Source: an uncultured delta proteobacterium (GTDB lineage Bacteria; Myxococcota; Myxococcia; Myxococcales; Anaeromyxobacteraceae). From it: 64,000 nt of DNA. Positions 48,543-59,643 of this stretch are shown here, in pieces (position 1 is the first letter of the stretch; the number at the start of each line of letters is the position of its first letter). The notes beneath the pieces were generated by a model. It was given only the letters and a program-made list of their open reading frames with translations, had not been told where the DNA came from and ran no database searches. The position numbers were made by a program, and so were the translations under genes. The stretch is from contig CAWHDZ010000015.1 of the NCBI GenBank assembly GCA_963828255.1, positions 64,001 to 128,000 on the forward strand. The letters run 5' to 3'.

Positions 48543-49278
48543 GATGCCGAGGATAGCACCGGCCACGCACACCGGGGGACCTCCCCCGACGACCCGGGAG
48601 CTCCTCCTCTCCTGGGGCCTGGTGGTGGGCGGGATCGGGGCCGCGTCGGCCCTCGCCGGGGTCGAGCCGACCGGACTCCTCCGGGGCAACCTGGCCGGGT
48701 TGGCCGCGCTCCTCTTCATCCTGGTGCCGGACCGGATCCTGCGAGCCCGGGGGGAGGGGTGGGAGGGGTATGGGCTGCCCTGGTGGGGAGCTGGCGACCC
48801 CCGCACCTGGAGGGCCTGGGGGCGCGCCGCCGCCGCTGGCCTGGCGGTGTCGCTGGTCGTCCTCCCCCTCTTCGCGGTGCTGCTCCTGGGGGGCGCCCGC
48901 CTGGCGGGGATCCCCGCCGCGTTCGAGCCGCGCCTGCCGCCAGGATTCGCGCTCGCCGTCGCCGTCCAGTTCCTGGTGGTCGCGCTCCCGGAGGAGCTCT
49001 TCTACCGGGGATTCATGCAGACCTCCTGGGGCCGGAAGGGTCCCTCCCGCCTCGTCCTGGGAGCGGAGATCGGCCCCGGCTTCCTGGCGACCCAGGCCCT
49101 CTTCGCGGCCGGCCACCTGGTGACGCTCCAGCCCTGGCGGCTCGCCACATTCTTCCCCGGGCTCCTCTTCGGCTGGCTCCGGGCCCGCACCGGCGGGGTC
49201 GTCGCGCCGGCGGTGGCCCACGCCCTCTCCAACCTGCTCGTCCTGTTCCTCGAGGCGAGCCTGGCGGCCCACCGATGA
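48541..49278 (+). CDS. CPBP-family glutamic intramembrane protease (myxosortase-like); start uncertain
   Basis: ALPEELFYRG, LFAAGH, FFPGLLFGWLR.RTG, HALSN. Confidence 0.85.
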   Translation: MMPRIAPATHTGGPPPTTRELLLSWGLVVGGIGAASALAGVEPTGLLRGNLAGLAALLFILVPDRILRARGEGWEGYGLPWWGAGDPRTWRAWGRAAAAGLAVSLVVLPLFAVLLLGGARLAGIPAAFEPRLPPGFALAVAVQFLVVALPEELFYRGFMQTSWGRKGPSRLVLGAEIGPGFLATQALFAAGHLVTLQPWRLATFFPGLLFGWLRARTGGVVAPAVAHALSNLLVLFLEASLAAHR

Positions 49279-49292
49279 TTAGGTTCAGATCC

Positions 49293-50342
49293 ATGCCTCC
49301 CACGATCCGCGCGATGCTCGAGGAGCAGGAGGCGGCGAGCCTGCACCCCCGGGCCGCGCTCTCCCGGAACACCCGCGGCCGCGACCGCGAGGACCCGGAG
49401 GACGACATGCGCCCCGCCTTCCAGCGGGACCGGGACCGCGTCCTCCACTCCAAGTCCTTCCGGAGGCTCATGGGCAAGACCCAGGTCTTCCTTGCGCCGC
49501 GCGGGGATCACTACCGCAACCGGCTCACCCACACGCTGGAGGTCGCGCAGGTGGGGCGCTCCATCGCCCGGGCGCTGCGGCTGAACGAGATGCTGGTCGA
49601 GGCCATGGTGATGGGGCACGACCTCGGGCACACCCCCTTCGGCCACGCCGGGGAGCGGGTGTTGAACCAGGTGATGCCCCACGGCTTCCACCACGTGCAG
49701 CAGTCCGTGCGGGTGGTCGAGGTGCTGGAGAAGGATGGGGACGGGCTGAACCTCACGATCGAGGTCCGAGACGGCATCCTGCGCCACTCCAAGGGGCGCG
49801 GGAACGTCCTCATGGCCGGCGGCGGGGCCAAGGCCCTGACGCTCGAGGCCGAGATCGTCCGCCTGGCGGACATCGTTGCCTACGTGAACCACGACCTCGA
49901 CGACGCCGTGCGGGGTGGGCTCCTGCGGGAGGAGGAGGTCCCCCGCGCGATCGCCTCCGTGCTCGGCGACCGCCACTCGGTGCGCCTGCACACCCTCATC
50001 GGCGACGTGATCCGCTCGTCGGACCTCGACGGGGGAGGGCACATCGCCATGTCGGGAGAGGTGCACGGCGCACTCCTCGCCCTGCGCGAGTTCCTCTACG
50101 CCCGCGTCTACGAGAACCCGGTGGTCCAGGACGAGTTCAAGAAGGCCCAGCGCATCCTCGAGGACCTGCACCGCTGGTGCCTGGAGGACGCCGAGCGGCT
50201 CCGGACCCGCTTCGGGGTGGCTCCGCGGCCGGGCGAGGACCTGCCCCGGGCGGTCGCCGACTTCCTCTCCGGAATGACCGATCGCTTCGCCATGGAGACC
50301 TGGGAGAAGGTCTTCGTGCCGCGCCCCTGGGCGATCGTTTGA
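49293..50342 (+). CDS. dgt: dGTP triphosphohydrolase (HD family)
   Basis: FQRDRDR.LHS.SFRRL..KTQVF, RLTHTLEV, HDLGHTPFGH.GE, AY.NHD, SGMTDR. Alternative start 49275. Confidence 0.93.
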   Translation: MPPTIRAMLEEQEAASLHPRAALSRNTRGRDREDPEDDMRPAFQRDRDRVLHSKSFRRLMGKTQVFLAPRGDHYRNRLTHTLEVAQVGRSIARALRLNEMLVEAMVMGHDLGHTPFGHAGERVLNQVMPHGFHHVQQSVRVVEVLEKDGDGLNLTIEVRDGILRHSKGRGNVLMAGGGAKALTLEAEIVRLADIVAYVNHDLDDAVRGGLLREEEVPRAIASVLGDRHSVRLHTLIGDVIRSSDLDGGGHIAMSGEVHGALLALREFLYARVYENPVVQDEFKKAQRILEDLHRWCLEDAERLRTRFGVAPRPGEDLPRAVADFLSGMTDRFAMETWEKVFVPRPWAIV

Positions 50343-50368
50343 CAGCCCGCGCGGGGCGCGCCTACGAT
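50339..50368 (+). promoter_or_regulatory. Sigma70-type promoter upstream of the Hsp70 gene
   Basis: TTGACA-N18-TACGAT ending 26 nt before the ATG. Confidence 0.6.
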
Positions 50369-50394
50369 CCCCACACCCCATTGACGGAAGGTCC

Positions 50395-51996
<1,602 letters not shown>

Positions 51997-52015
51997 GGGG
52001 AGCCTCCACACCGCG

Positions 52016-52567
52016 ATGGACGTTTCCTTCCGGATCGAGGTCGAGACGCTGGCCGAGGCGCTCGACCAGCTCGACTACTTCGCCGTCCTGAAGCTCGCCG
52101 CCACGGCGACGCCGGCGGAGATCCGCGCCGCCTACCACCGCGAGTCGAGGGTCTACCACCCCGACCGCTACGCCGCCGTGGACGACGAGCCGTTCCGCGA
52201 TCGGGTCGGGCGCATCTACCGGCGCATCAACGAGGCCTACACGGTGCTGCGCGACGACGCGCGCCGGAAGAAGTACGCCGGCGATCTGGCCGGTCCGGAG
52301 CGGGCTCGCAAGCTCCGCTTCTCGGAGGACGACGAGGCGGCCGTGAAGGAGGCCCAGAAGAAGCGGGCCGTCGAGCAGCTCGGGCAGACCCCCAACGGAC
52401 GGAAGTTCTACTCGGCCGCGCTGGCCGACGCGCAGGCCGGACGCTGGGAGGGCGTGGAGCGGAACTTGAGGATGGCGCTCGCCTACGAGCCGGCCAACGA
52501 GCGCTTCAAGGAGTTGCTCGTCCAGGCGGAGAAGAACCGTCCCAAGCAGGACTTCCGGATCAAGTAG
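52016..52567 (+). CDS. J-domain protein with a TPR-like C-terminus
   Basis: DYFAVL..EIRAAY..YHPD..INEAYTVLRD..R..Y. Confidence 0.9.
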   Translation: MDVSFRIEVETLAEALDQLDYFAVLKLAATATPAEIRAAYHRESRVYHPDRYAAVDDEPFRDRVGRIYRRINEAYTVLRDDARRKKYAGDLAGPERARKLRFSEDDEAAVKEAQKKRAVEQLGQTPNGRKFYSAALADAQAGRWEGVERNLRMALAYEPANERFKELLVQAEKNRPKQDFRIK

Positions 52568-52574
52568 GGGCACG

Positions 52575-53288
52575 GTGCTCCTCGACGCCGTCCTGCTGCT
52601 CCTCCTCGCCGCGGCGTCGGTCCTCGGCGCGCTCGCGGGCCTCCTGCGCCCCCTCTTCCTCTTCGCCGGTGCCGCGCTCGGCTGGCTGGCGGCGCGCCAC
52701 CTCGCGGGGCCGGTCGGGAAATTGCTCGCCTCCCTGGTGCCCGTCTCCGCGTCGCGGGAGGTGGCGGCGGTCCTCCTCTTCGTCCTGATGACGGCGGTGG
52801 CCGCCTTCGTCGGACGGAAGCTCTCCCGCAACCGGGACGGGGAGGGGCGCCCCGTGGACAGGGCCGCCGGGGCGCTGCTCGCGGGGCTCGCGGCGGCCGC
52901 GTCGGCGTGGGTGGGACTCGCCGTGGCAGAGGCGGTGGCCCCTTCCCTGCCGGACCGCTGGCAGTCCGCCCTCGGGAAGAGCGACCTGGCCGCCCTGGTG
53001 CGGGAGAACGACCTCCTGGGAGAGTGGCGGCACCGCGCCGAGGCGGGGCTCGCGGCGCTCCTCGAGGCGGCCGACGGACCAGGCGGGGTGGCGCGTCTCT
53101 CCGGCGACCCCGATCTCCGGGCGCTGCTCGCCGACCCGCGGGTCCGGGCGCTGGTGGACGACGCCCGGGCGGCCGGCCGCGCCGACGTGGCGCGGTCCCC
53201 GGAGGCCCTGCGCCTGCTCTCCGACCCCAGCTTCCGGCAGAGGCTCGAGGCGGCGCAGGAGCGGCTCGACCGGGGCGTGACGCGCTGA
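52575..53288 (+). CDS. CvpA-family membrane protein
   Basis: Four TM segments, N-terminal LD..G..G pattern, DRAAG.L.G motif. Confidence 0.7.
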   Translation: MLLDAVLLLLLAAASVLGALAGLLRPLFLFAGAALGWLAARHLAGPVGKLLASLVPVSASREVAAVLLFVLMTAVAAFVGRKLSRNRDGEGRPVDRAAGALLAGLAAAASAWVGLAVAEAVAPSLPDRWQSALGKSDLAALVRENDLLGEWRHRAEAGLAALLEAADGPGGVARLSGDPDLRALLADPRVRALVDDARAAGRADVARSPEALRLLSDPSFRQRLEAAQERLDRGVTR

Positions 53289-53753
53289 GCAGGTTCGCCT
53301 TCGGCCCGGCATGCCGGGGTAGCGCCGGCGTGGGGGACGCCCCTCTCCGCGGCGCTTGTCCTCGAGGCGAGGGCGCCGCTGACCGCGCAGCGCCGGGTCA
53401 CGCCGTGGCCCGAGCACCGCCATTTCCGGCGCCCTCTCCGGAGGCGCCGCTCCGAGTGGCGCCCCCGCCGGCTGGCGGATGCGGGCCCGAAGGCGACTTG
53501 CGCGCACGCTTCGGGGAAAGGTGCGGGCGGTCGCGGGGGCCTCGTCGGTGACCCTCCCTTGCGCCAGGCGGCCGGGGTGGCCCCGGCGCGGGGCGCATCT
53601 GCGCGGGCGCCGAACCGATCCCACTCGAAGGACGCGGTTCGAAGGCGCCGTTCACCCGGATGAACTCGGCCCGCGCAGCCGGCGCCCCCCAGCGACGCGG
53701 GCCACCGCCCGGTCGCCGGCATCACGAGAGAATCGCCGGCGCTCGCCCACGCA
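53289..53753. repeat. Two consecutive long imperfect inverted repeats filling a convergent intergenic region
   Basis: Arms 53289-53312 / 53479-53501 with nested pairings inside; arms 53567-53613 / 53666-53717 with two apical hairpins. Confidence 0.7.
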
Positions 53754-53760
53754 GACCGGA

Positions 53761-54909
53761 CTACCGTCCCTTGCGCGTCGCCTTTCCCACGTCCCGCATC
53801 GCTCCCGAGCCGGGGTGGCGCTTCTCGTGGGCCTTCTCGAGGTTCCGGTAGAGCCCGTCGAGCCGGTCGAAGAGCCGACGCTTCTTGCGGGGCTTCCGGG
53901 TGGAGAGCGCGTAGGCGAAGACGATGGGGGCCGAGATGGTCGAGTCGGAGTAGACCACCACGTGGTTCTTCAGCATGTCGGCCTGCACCTTGCCCCAGCT
54001 GATGGCCTCGCTGGGGGTGGCGCCGGAGAGCCCGCCCCACTGCGGGGAGTCGGTGGAGATCTGCAGCACGAACTCGTGACCGCCCCGGTTCAGGTCGAGG
54101 ATCTGCCAGAGGGTTGGCTGGGTCTGGAGGTAGAAGTTCTTCGGCGAGCCGCCCCCCAGGATCACCACCCCGTTCACGTCGGCGTCGTAGACGATGGCCG
54201 TGGACTCGAGGACGTCCAGGTCGGGGTCGATGGTGGTCTGCCCGCCCCGCAGCTTCATGGCGGCCACGTTCATCCCGATCGAGGAGTCGCCCGGGGAGCT
54301 CGTGAAGATGGGGACCCCGTGCTTGGCGGCGGTGGCCACCCAGGAGCGCTGGGGCTGGGGTGCGTGCCGGAGGATGAGCTGCCCCAGGTAGTCGTGGAGC
54401 CGCGGAGTGGAGATGCGCCCGCGCAGCTCGGGCGGAGCCTTCTCGAGCGCCTCGCGCACGAAGGCGTCGGTGTCGAGCAGGGAGTCCTCGGTGATGAAGA
54501 CGTCGTAGATGCGCTCGATGCCGGCCCGGTAGAGCTCCCGGTCGTCCACCTGGAAGTGACCCTGGACCACCGGCAGCTCGAGCGCGAAGTGGAAGTCGTG
54601 GTAGAGGTTCGCGCCGGTCGAGACGATGAGGTCCACGAACCCGGCCTCGATCATGGCCTGGATGGCGCCGCCCATGCCCGCCGGCGCCATGGCGCCGGTC
54701 ACGGTGAGGGCGATGGTGGCGTTGGCGTCGATCATCCGGCCGAAGAGGTCGCACCCCTCGGCCAGCCGCCCGCCGTTGAAGGCGCCGGCCCGGCGGTAGA
54801 CGTCGACCAGGTCCACGACCGACATCCCCTTTCGGAGCCGCATCGGCTCGACGGGGGGGCGTGAGAGGTAGCGCTTCCTGAGCTGCTTCGGCGTCGGCTT
54901 CGTCGGCAT
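53761..54909 (-). CDS. Deoxyhypusine synthase-family protein (bacterial homospermidine-synthase-like)
   Basis: AFNGGRL, TGAM, STGANLYHD, RIYDV, PGDSSIG, LGGGSPKNF, GGLSGATPSEAISWGK. Confidence 0.92.
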   Translation of the reverse strand: MPTKPTPKQLRKRYLSRPPVEPMRLRKGMSVVDLVDVYRRAGAFNGGRLAEGCDLFGRMIDANATIALTVTGAMAPAGMGGAIQAMIEAGFVDLIVSTGANLYHDFHFALELPVVQGHFQVDDRELYRAGIERIYDVFITEDSLLDTDAFVREALEKAPPELRGRISTPRLHDYLGQLILRHAPQPQRSWVATAAKHGVPIFTSSPGDSSIGMNVAAMKLRGGQTTIDPDLDVLESTAIVYDADVNGVVILGGGSPKNFYLQTQPTLWQILDLNRGGHEFVLQISTDSPQWGGLSGATPSEAISWGKVQADMLKNHVVVYSDSTISAPIVFAYALSTRKPRKKRRLFDRLDGLYRNLEKAHEKRHPGSGAMRDVGKATRKGR

Positions 54910-54992
54910 GGCGGGCGCGGATCCTGTCCGAGCGACCGCCCGCCGTCAACGAATCCTGGGGTACCAGCTCAAGCTACCGGAGTTCCTGGTGT

Positions 54993-55469
54993 TCAAGGAT
55001 TGGTTGCGGTGGCCGGGACGGTCGGAAGGTTGACCGGGACGGCCTCGACCCGCACCGGTCGGTCGGCGAGGGAGGAGAGCGAGGTGCGCCGGAAGACGTC
55101 GAGCATCCGCTCCTGCCCCTCGCGCCAGACCGCCGACATGTTGCAGATGGGCTGGCGGCCGCAGGCGTCGTCGTCGTCGAGGCAGACGTTGATGGCGATG
55201 GGCCCCTCGGCGGCCTGGATGATCTCGAGCACGCTGATGGTCTCGGCCGGCCGTGCCAGCTTGTAGCCGCCGTGCGGTCCGCGGGTGGAGCGTACGATTC
55301 CCTGATCGACCAGTGTCTTCAGGATCTTGGCGAGAAAGTCCTCGGGGACGTCCATCTGCCGGCCGATCTCACGAAAGGGTACGACCGTTCCCTCGGGGAT
55401 GGTGGCCAGGTGGATCATCGCCCGGATGGCGTAATCGATCTTTCTCGAGATGCGGAGCACATGCTGCAT
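54993..55469 (-). CDS. Rrf2-family regulator with three Cys (IscR-like)
   Basis: DYAIRAM, FLAKIL, RGPHGGYKLAR, EGP..NVC..AC..IC. Confidence 0.92.
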   Translation of the reverse strand: MQHVLRISRKIDYAIRAMIHLATIPEGTVVPFREIGRQMDVPEDFLAKILKTLVDQGIVRSTRGPHGGYKLARPAETISVLEIIQAAEGPIAINVCLDDDDACGRQPICNMSAVWREGQERMLDVFRRTSLSSLADRPVRVEAVPVNLPTVPATATNP

Positions 55470-55516
55470 CGGGACTCCCTGGCACCCCGGGGTACGGGGG
55501 GTTAAATGAGGCCGGC

Positions 55517-56368
55517 GTGACGAACGGCTCGGTACAGGACGGTATCATCGACATCATCGACCTGCACACTCATTCTACCGCGTCCGATGGACAGTACGCC
55601 CCGGCCGAGGTCGCGGCAAGGGTGGCGAAGGCGGGGACCGTGGCCTGGGCGCTCACGGATCACGATACCGTGGCAGGGCTCCTCCCCGCCGCCGCGGCGG
55701 CCAAGCTCCTGGATCTCCGATTCATTCCCGGGATCGAGCTCTCCGCCCTCCTCGACGAGCGGGAGGTCCACGTGCTCGGCCACTTCATCGACCCGGTCCA
55801 TCCGGAACTGTGCCGCTTCGAGGACAAGCTGGCCGACCACCGGCGCGGCCGGGTCCGGAAGATCGTCCGGCTCCTGGCGGAGAACGGCGTCTCGGTGACC
55901 GAGGAGGCCATCGTCGCCTGCAGCGGGGGCAAGACCATCGGCCGGCCCCACGTGGCCCGGGCCATGGTCGAGGCGGGGGCCGTGCTCACGGTCCGGGAGG
56001 CCTTCGATCGATTTCTGGGGGACGGGCGTCCCTGCTACGTGGGGCGGTTCCGGCTCACGGCTGAGGATGCGGTGGCGATGATCCGGCGGGCCGGGGGGGT
56101 GGCGACGCTGGCCCACCCAGGGCCGTCGAAGGTGCAGGCGCTGGAGCTCTTGCGCATGCGCGCCATGGGCTTCGACGGGGTCGAGGCCGAGCACCCCGAG
56201 CACCACCCCGAACAGGCGGCCCGGTACCGTGAGGTGGCGGGGACGGTGGACCTGATCTGCACCGCGGGCACCGACTTCCACGGGGAACTGGTCTCCCCGG
56301 ACCGCTTCCTGGGGACGTCCCGCATGCCGGCGGCAGCGCTCGACCGGCTCGAGGCGCGGCGCCCGTAG
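55517..56368 (+). CDS. PHP-domain phosphoesterase (YciV/TrpH-like)
   Basis: DLHTHSTASDG, ALTDHDT, GIELS, HVLG, GRPH.A, LAHP, GTDFHG. GTG start inferred. Confidence 0.9.
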   Translation: MTNGSVQDGIIDIIDLHTHSTASDGQYAPAEVAARVAKAGTVAWALTDHDTVAGLLPAAAAAKLLDLRFIPGIELSALLDEREVHVLGHFIDPVHPELCRFEDKLADHRRGRVRKIVRLLAENGVSVTEEAIVACSGGKTIGRPHVARAMVEAGAVLTVREAFDRFLGDGRPCYVGRFRLTAEDAVAMIRRAGGVATLAHPGPSKVQALELLRMRAMGFDGVEAEHPEHHPEQAARYREVAGTVDLICTAGTDFHGELVSPDRFLGTSRMPAAALDRLEARRP

Positions 56369-56388
56369 CAGCGGGGCGCCGCCCTGTT

Positions 56389-57924
56389 TCACCCGCGGTA
56401 GAACTGCCCCAGCGACAGCCGGGTCCAGTCCATGATGGGCGTGACCCAGATGCCGAAGAGCACCGTGGCCGTGGCGAACCCGGCCAGCAGGAACTTGTAC
56501 GAGGTCGGGTAGGTGACCGGGGTCTCCGTGAGCGGAGCCTCGAAGAACATCGCCCGCAGGATCCGCGCGTAGTAGTAGAGCGCCACCGCGGTGTTGAGCG
56601 CGGCGATGATGGCGAGCGTCGCGTACCAGCCTCCGGTCGGGCCCGAGACCCGGTCCAGCACGGCCACGAAGAGCCAGTACTTGCCCGTGAAGCCGATGGA
56701 GGGCGGCAGGCCGGTGAGCGCGAAGAGGAAGATGGCCATCGAGACCGCCGCCAGCGGGGCGCGGTGCCCCAGTCCGCGGAACTCGAAGATGGTGGGGGAG
56801 CCGGTGAAGCGCTCGACCACGATGACGGCCAGGAAGGCCCCCAGGTTCATGATCAGGTAGGCGAGCATGTAGACCATGACCGCCTGGGTGCCCACGAACG
56901 AGTTGGCGGCCAGCCCCATGAGCCCGTAGCCGGCGTGGGCGATGGAGGAGTAGGCCAAGAGCCTCTTGAGATTCGTCTGCGGGAGCGCCGTGAAGTTGCC
57001 GAGCGTCATGGTGACGGCTGAGAGCACGCCCACCACCGCCGGCCAGGGGATGTTTCCGACCGCATCCGACAGCCCCATCATCGAGCCGCGGGTGTCGAGC
57101 GCGCCCCAGAGCAGGCGGGCCGCCAGGGCGAAGCCGGCCGCCTTGGGTCCGGTGGATAGGAAGGCCGTGAACGGGGTGGGAGCGCCCTCGTAGACGTCGG
57201 GCGCCCACATGTGCCAGGGCACCGCGGCGATCTTGTAGCCCACGCCCGAGGAGACCAGCACCACGCCCAGGATGAGCCCGAGCCGGTGTGGAAGGGTGGT
57301 GGGGACCTGCGCGATGGCCGACGCGAAGCGGGTGATGTCGGTGGTGCCGAGCATCCCGTACAGGTAGCTCATGCCGAAGATCATGGCCCCGGAGGCCACG
57401 CCCCCGAAGATGACGTACTTCAGCGCCGCCTCGGCGGCCTTGCGGTCGCCCTTGGAGTAGCCGGCCAGCGCGTAGCTCACCATCGAGACCAGCTCGATGG
57501 CCATGTAGATCATCAATAAATCCGTGGCGCTGGCCATGAGGAAGAGGCCCAGCACGATGGTGACGAGCAGCGCGTAGAAGGGGCCGATGCGGGAGGGTGG
57601 ATAGGCCCGGGAAGGCCCGGCGATGAGCACGGTGAGCGCGCCGCCGGCCAGGAAGATCCACTTGAAGAAGTTCGCGAAGGCGTCGTTCGCGATCATCCCG
57701 TTGAAGAGCGACTGGGGCGTGCCGGGCTGGACGGCGAGCAGGAGCGCCGCCAGGCCGAAGACGGCCAGGGTGGCGGCCGAGAGCAGTCGGGCCCGCGACT
57801 CGCTCCTGCGCCAGGCCAGGTCGAGGAGGAAGAGCGAGAGCGCGCCGAACGTGAGCACCAGCTCGGGGCGGAACCACCCCGTGCTGCGCACGTTCTCGGC
57901 GACGAGGAATGGCTGGATGTCCAT
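56389..57924 (-). CDS. nuoN: NADH-quinone oxidoreductase subunit N
   Basis: EAALKY, YKIAAVPWHMWAPDVYEGAP, KRLLAYSSIAH. Confidence 0.95.
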   Translation of the reverse strand: MDIQPFLVAENVRSTGWFRPELVLTFGALSLFLLDLAWRRSESRARLLSAATLAVFGLAALLLAVQPGTPQSLFNGMIANDAFANFFKWIFLAGGALTVLIAGPSRAYPPSRIGPFYALLVTIVLGLFLMASATDLLMIYMAIELVSMVSYALAGYSKGDRKAAEAALKYVIFGGVASGAMIFGMSYLYGMLGTTDITRFASAIAQVPTTLPHRLGLILGVVLVSSGVGYKIAAVPWHMWAPDVYEGAPTPFTAFLSTGPKAAGFALAARLLWGALDTRGSMMGLSDAVGNIPWPAVVGVLSAVTMTLGNFTALPQTNLKRLLAYSSIAHAGYGLMGLAANSFVGTQAVMVYMLAYLIMNLGAFLAVIVVERFTGSPTIFEFRGLGHRAPLAAVSMAIFLFALTGLPPSIGFTGKYWLFVAVLDRVSGPTGGWYATLAIIAALNTAVALYYYARILRAMFFEAPLTETPVTYPTSYKFLLAGFATATVLFGIWVTPIMDWTRLSLGQFYRG

Positions 57925-57942
57925 CGGGCGGTCTCCGCGGCG

Positions 57943-59631
57943 CTACACCGGGCGCAGGTTCTGGATGAGCAGCTGGAGCGCCGGGTTGATCGCGTGCAGG
58001 ATGAACTGCGGGTAGAACCCGAGGAAGATCATGATGGCCGCCAGCGGATAGAGCATGATCCGCTCCCGCCAGTTCACGTCGGGGAAGCCGGCGTAGGCGG
58101 TGTTGAGCTTGCCCAGGAACACCCGCTGCATGGCCCACAGGTAGTAGGCGGCGGTGATGATGACGGCGGTGGCCGAGATGACCGTGAAGGTCAGGTAGAC
58201 CGGGAAGCTGCCCGCCAGCACCATGAACTCGGGGATGAAGCCGGCCAGGCCGGGCAGCCCGAGCGAGGCGAAGAAGGCCAGGCCGGTGAGCCCGCTGTAC
58301 TCGGGCAGCTCCTTGGCCAGGCCGCCGAAGCGCTCCATGTCGCGGTGGTGGGCGCGGTCGTAGATCACGCCCACGAGGAGGAAGAGCGCCGGGCTGATGA
58401 TGCCGTGGGTGAACATGTTGTACACCGCGCCGGAGATGGCCATGGGGGTCATGGCGGCCATGCCGAGCAGGGTGAACCCCATGTGCGAGACCGAGGAGTA
58501 GGCCACCATCTTCTTGAAGTCGCGCTGGGCCAGGGCCACGTAGGCCGCGTAGATGATGTTGATGACGCCGAAGACCGCGATGGCGTTGGCGGCCCACTCG
58601 GTGGCGTCGGGGAGGAGCGGGTAGTTGAAGCGCAGGATGCCGTACGGCCCCATCTTCAGGAGGATCCCGGCCAGGATGACCGAGATGGGGGTGGGGGCCT
58701 CGACGTGCGCGTCGGGCAACCAGGTGTGGAAGGGGAACATCGGGATCTTGATGGCGAACCCGATGAAGAAGGCCACGAAGACGATCTTGCTGAAGGCGAA
58801 GCCCAGGATGGGGAGCGCGGTGGCGAACTGCCCGGCCCGGCCCTGCGCGGCCAGCTCGAGCAGGTTGAACGTGTGGCGGGCCGAGAGCGTCCCGTCGGCC
58901 ATCACCGCCGGCAGGCTCCGGTAGTAGACGGCGATGATGGCGAGCAGCATGAGGACGGAGCCCGCCAGGGTGTAGAGGAAGAACTTGATGGCCGCGTACT
59001 CGCGGCGCGGGCCGCCCCACACGCCGATGAGGAAGTACATCGGGAGGAGCATGACCTCCCAGAAGACGTAGAAGAGGAACATGTCGAGGGCGACGAAGGT
59101 GCCCATCATGCCGGTCATGAGGAGCAGCAGCAGGATCATGTAGCCAGGCACCATGCGCACCGTGAAGTGCTTGGGGTGGTGCTCGTCGTCGCCGTGGCCG
59201 TGGTCGTCCTCGTCCATCCCGGCCATGTGGATGGCCTTCGCGCCGCCCTGCCACCAGGGCATGGAGGCGATGGCCGCCACGAAGGAGATGATGCCGGTGA
59301 GGAGCACCATCGAGATGGAGAGCCCGTCCACGCCGACGAACCACTCGACGTTGAAGGGGCGGATCCAGATGGCCCGGTTCACCATCTGCACGCCGGTGGC
59401 CTTGCCCTGGACGAGGAGCCCCTGGGCCCGGGGATCGAACCAGTGCCAGGCCAGGACGGACGCCACCAGCATGAGGAAGCTGGCGGCCAAGGTGACCACG
59501 CGCGATGCCTGGTCGAGGAACCTCTTCGGGAGGCCGAGGAAATGCCTCACGACCATCAGCGCCAGGATGACGGCGGAGCCGATGACCGGGAGGAATGTGG
59601 CCCAAACCAGCACGTTGTCGGGGCGGATCAT
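57943..59631 (-). CDS. nuoM: NADH-quinone oxidoreductase subunit M
   Basis: GVDGLS, FWEVMLLPM, PFHTWLPDAH.EAP, AYSSVSHMG. Confidence 0.95.
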   Translation of the reverse strand: MIRPDNVLVWATFLPVIGSAVILALMVVRHFLGLPKRFLDQASRVVTLAASFLMLVASVLAWHWFDPRAQGLLVQGKATGVQMVNRAIWIRPFNVEWFVGVDGLSISMVLLTGIISFVAAIASMPWWQGGAKAIHMAGMDEDDHGHGDDEHHPKHFTVRMVPGYMILLLLLMTGMMGTFVALDMFLFYVFWEVMLLPMYFLIGVWGGPRREYAAIKFFLYTLAGSVLMLLAIIAVYYRSLPAVMADGTLSARHTFNLLELAAQGRAGQFATALPILGFAFSKIVFVAFFIGFAIKIPMFPFHTWLPDAHVEAPTPISVILAGILLKMGPYGILRFNYPLLPDATEWAANAIAVFGVINIIYAAYVALAQRDFKKMVAYSSVSHMGFTLLGMAAMTPMAISGAVYNMFTHGIISPALFLLVGVIYDRAHHRDMERFGGLAKELPEYSGLTGLAFFASLGLPGLAGFIPEFMVLAGSFPVYLTFTVISATAVIITAAYYLWAMQRVFLGKLNTAYAGFPDVNWRERIMLYPLAAIMIFLGFYPQFILHAINPALQLLIQNLRPV

Positions 59632-59643
59632 GAAGCCGATCTC

